DNA of 64,000 bases, taken from the NCBI GenBank assembly GCA_002633005.1, contig NMRA01000801.1, positions 62,001-126,000 of the forward strand, given 5' to 3'. Positions 61,854 to 64,000 of the stretch are shown piece by piece. This DNA comes from Phoronis australis (lineage: Eukaryota; Animalia; Phoronida). The notes under the pieces are model-generated. The model did no database searches. It was not told the DNA's origin and saw nothing but the letters and a program-made list of their open reading frames with translations. Every line of letters begins with the position of its first letter. Positions within the stretch are counted from its first letter, which is position 1. The translations under genes and the position numbers were made by a program.

Positions 61854-62690
61854 TGCTGCACGATTGCTGCGTACCGGGGTGTGCTTGTTATCGTTTCACA
61901 TGCACTTTGGGTAATAGCCAGTACACCACTTTCCAAAAGATTACACGCTCCGCCGTACTTGGCTCGTTCGTGTAAAGAACGCAGCATTACCGTCCACTCA
62001 ACATACAAAGTAATGGAGAATTACCGAGTGTGTGGCAAGCATTTTCTGCCATTCGATTACGAAAGAGATATGTACACGAAATCGGTAACAATCCTTGATT
62101 CCTGGCAGTGCCGTGTCGCCACCCCTGAGAAATGCATTTTTGAAACGAGTGACCTCGCGAGCTGTGGCATTTACATCTTCTGTTGCCCATGCCTCTGAAC
62201 GTACCCCAGAACATGCAGTTCCGGGCACTAACGATGATTTGCCTCGTGTTGGTGTTGTCTCCAGCCCAGAGCCTGTGAGCAGCCCTGCAGCGATGTTGAG
62301 TAGCGGTAGTGAATACTGGCCAAGTTCGACACCAAGTGGGAGGACAGTTCCTCTTCCAGTGGTCAGGCCGGTGAGCCAAACTTTGATAAGTTTATTGTGG
62401 ACGTGAATATAGTATTGGAGCTTATTTAGAAGGTGCCAGGTGTGTGGTGAGGGAGTAACACCACTGGATGTAACAGGTTTGTGTGCTCAAGTCACCATCC
62501 AGTGGGAACAGCATTCCATTGAGTTCGGCATAACAGTGCACACAGTGCATTTGCACCAAGACGTCCCATCACGTCTGTCCTCAGTCTCTGCCTCATCCCT
62601 TTCAACAGCTGTCTGTATTCTGCACTGCCTCACTATACTCCAGCTCAAACAGGTATCCACCCACTGCTACTACAAACTAAAAGATTCCTA
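61854..62690 (+). pseudogene. Decayed THAP-transposase (Kolobok-like)
   Basis: Frameshifted MLHDCCVPGC...PKDYTLRRTWLVRVKN...YRVCGKHFLPFDYERD (THAP C2CH), then KFIVDVNIV..LFRRCQVCG...VTGLCAQVTIQ. Confidence 0.7.
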
Positions 62691-63134
62691 AATTCAACGT
62701 AATTGAGTTCTCTAATAACCTTAGTTGTCATAGAATACTCGTCGATGGGAAGTGGTGACGACAATTTTAGGTGACTAGCACAAAAACAACAGTAGAACAG
62801 ATCCTCACAGTAGCACGAATACACTAGAGAATTGGGAGAGTTAGGTCACGTGATGTCACCAAAAAGATGGCGGGTTGAGCGGTATAAACTATTTCCAACA
62901 TATTTCCATGCCTCACTGAAAAAGATATATTTATACTGAAACGAAATGGCAGGAAATTCTTAACCCCCTAAATGACACATCCGGAGTAGTGTACGACTAA
63001 TTAAAAAATTACCGGGAACCGTAATGAACTGAAGCATATGTCTGGGATGATTAACGAATCGTATTTTTACTAAAAATGATGGCAAAGAAGGTTGCCTGCT
63101 CCTGAAAATTTGGTAAATATATTGATATGAAGTT

Positions 63135-63600
63135 GACTACAGAAAACGACGGCTGTGCTCCGGCTCTAGTGGCATTTTTTTCGTTGTCCTCTGTATCTGT
63201 GAAACTCCTTCGCAGATTTTTATGAAATTTAATAAACCGGTGTTTATTAAACAGTCAACAGGCTCCTGTTTTCGGATAGATTCGACGTTGAGAGCTGCCA
63301 TTTTTCTAAGAAATTTTGCAAGTAGGTTTCTATTAAAGAAACGACGACGCCTTCTCATTTTCAGGCGGATTTGACGTTTTCTGGGCGATCTGGTGGCCAT
63401 TTTAAAATTTTTTAGTATGTTTGACTGCTCCTCCATCCACGTAACTTCTTGGTTAGGATCATTAGTAAAATTTGGAGATGTGTTCTTGATGAGTAGACCC
63501 AGGCTGACATGGATTTTTGGACGTGTTCAACTACTCTGGCACTCCCTAGTGGCAATTTTATTTTTTTGTGTCCACGGCTGTATCACCTTACCCTTTGTAA
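63135..63600 (+). mobile_element. Older HINE subrepeats
   Basis: CTCTAGTGGCATTTT, ATCTGGTGGCCATTTT and CTCCCTAGTGGCAATTTT units. Confidence 0.6.
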
Positions 63601-63612
63601 CATCTTTCTGAA

Positions 63613-64000
63613 TTTTTATGCGCCCACATATTTATATGTGGTCGCATATTGCCGTCATCTCTGTCTGGGCGTCCGGCGTCTGCGGCTGTATATCCTAAAC
63701 CCCTTGCAGGATCTTATTGAAATTTGGCGGGTGTGTTCCAATGGGGTTGACGACAGAGGGCGACGAGTTTCGGACCGACTCAAATACCGCTGTGCCCCCT
63801 AGTGGCAATTTTAGTTTTTTACGTTTGCTTCTGTATTTTCAAAGGCCCTTAACCGATTTTTGTGAAATTTGGCACATAGGCATCTATTAATAATTTGACG
63901 CTATCTTTAGTTTTCGGATGGATTTGAGGCATTTTGCGCCATCTAGTGACCATTTTTACTATTTTCGAGTCGTTTTTTTTGGCGTTTGCCCCTCTAACTA
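63613..64000 (+). mobile_element. HINE/DINE-1-like element 5' part (runs off window)
   Basis: TTTTTATGCGCCCACATATTTATATGTGGTCGCAT start, then subunits with GCCCCCTAGTGGC. Confidence 0.85.

Noticed and set aside
1-64000. tRNA, rRNA or tRNA-derived SINE genes
   Set aside because: I found no convincing cloverleaf, A/B-box pair or rRNA signature by eye. tRNAscan-SE and Infernal would be needed to exclude them.

Overview
Eukaryotic (animal, most likely marine invertebrate) genomic DNA from a draft assembly with two N-gaps and several single-N joins. There are no prokaryotic features. Two spliced genes lie head-to-head around a ~0.5-kb shared promoter at ~21.8-22.3 kb. The first is an EVI5/EVI5L-family TBC-domain RabGAP on the minus strand (putative non-coding exon 1 at ~21.7 kb, ATG at 10833, six coding exons visible, running off the left edge). 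The second is a complete 3-exon PIN1 (WW + parvulin, 154 aa) on the plus strand (22274-33062). The rest is mostly transposon-derived: a Helentron/HINE-type family whose ~150-bp internal subrepeats each carry a CTCF-like motif, a CR1/L2 LINE split by a Tc2-like element, Penelope GIY-YIG tails (one with a minimal hammerhead ribozyme), Kolobok/THAP remnants, Academ-like elements, many MITEs with 3-7-bp TSDs, and minisatellites. Main points of interest: an 8x31-bp minisatellite built from the PIN1 exon-2 acceptor site, TE-borne oriented CTCF-like arrays, the EVI5-PIN1 bidirectional pairing, and an R17-equivalent substitution in the PIN1 WW domain. All calls come from reading the sequence by eye; no database searches were run.
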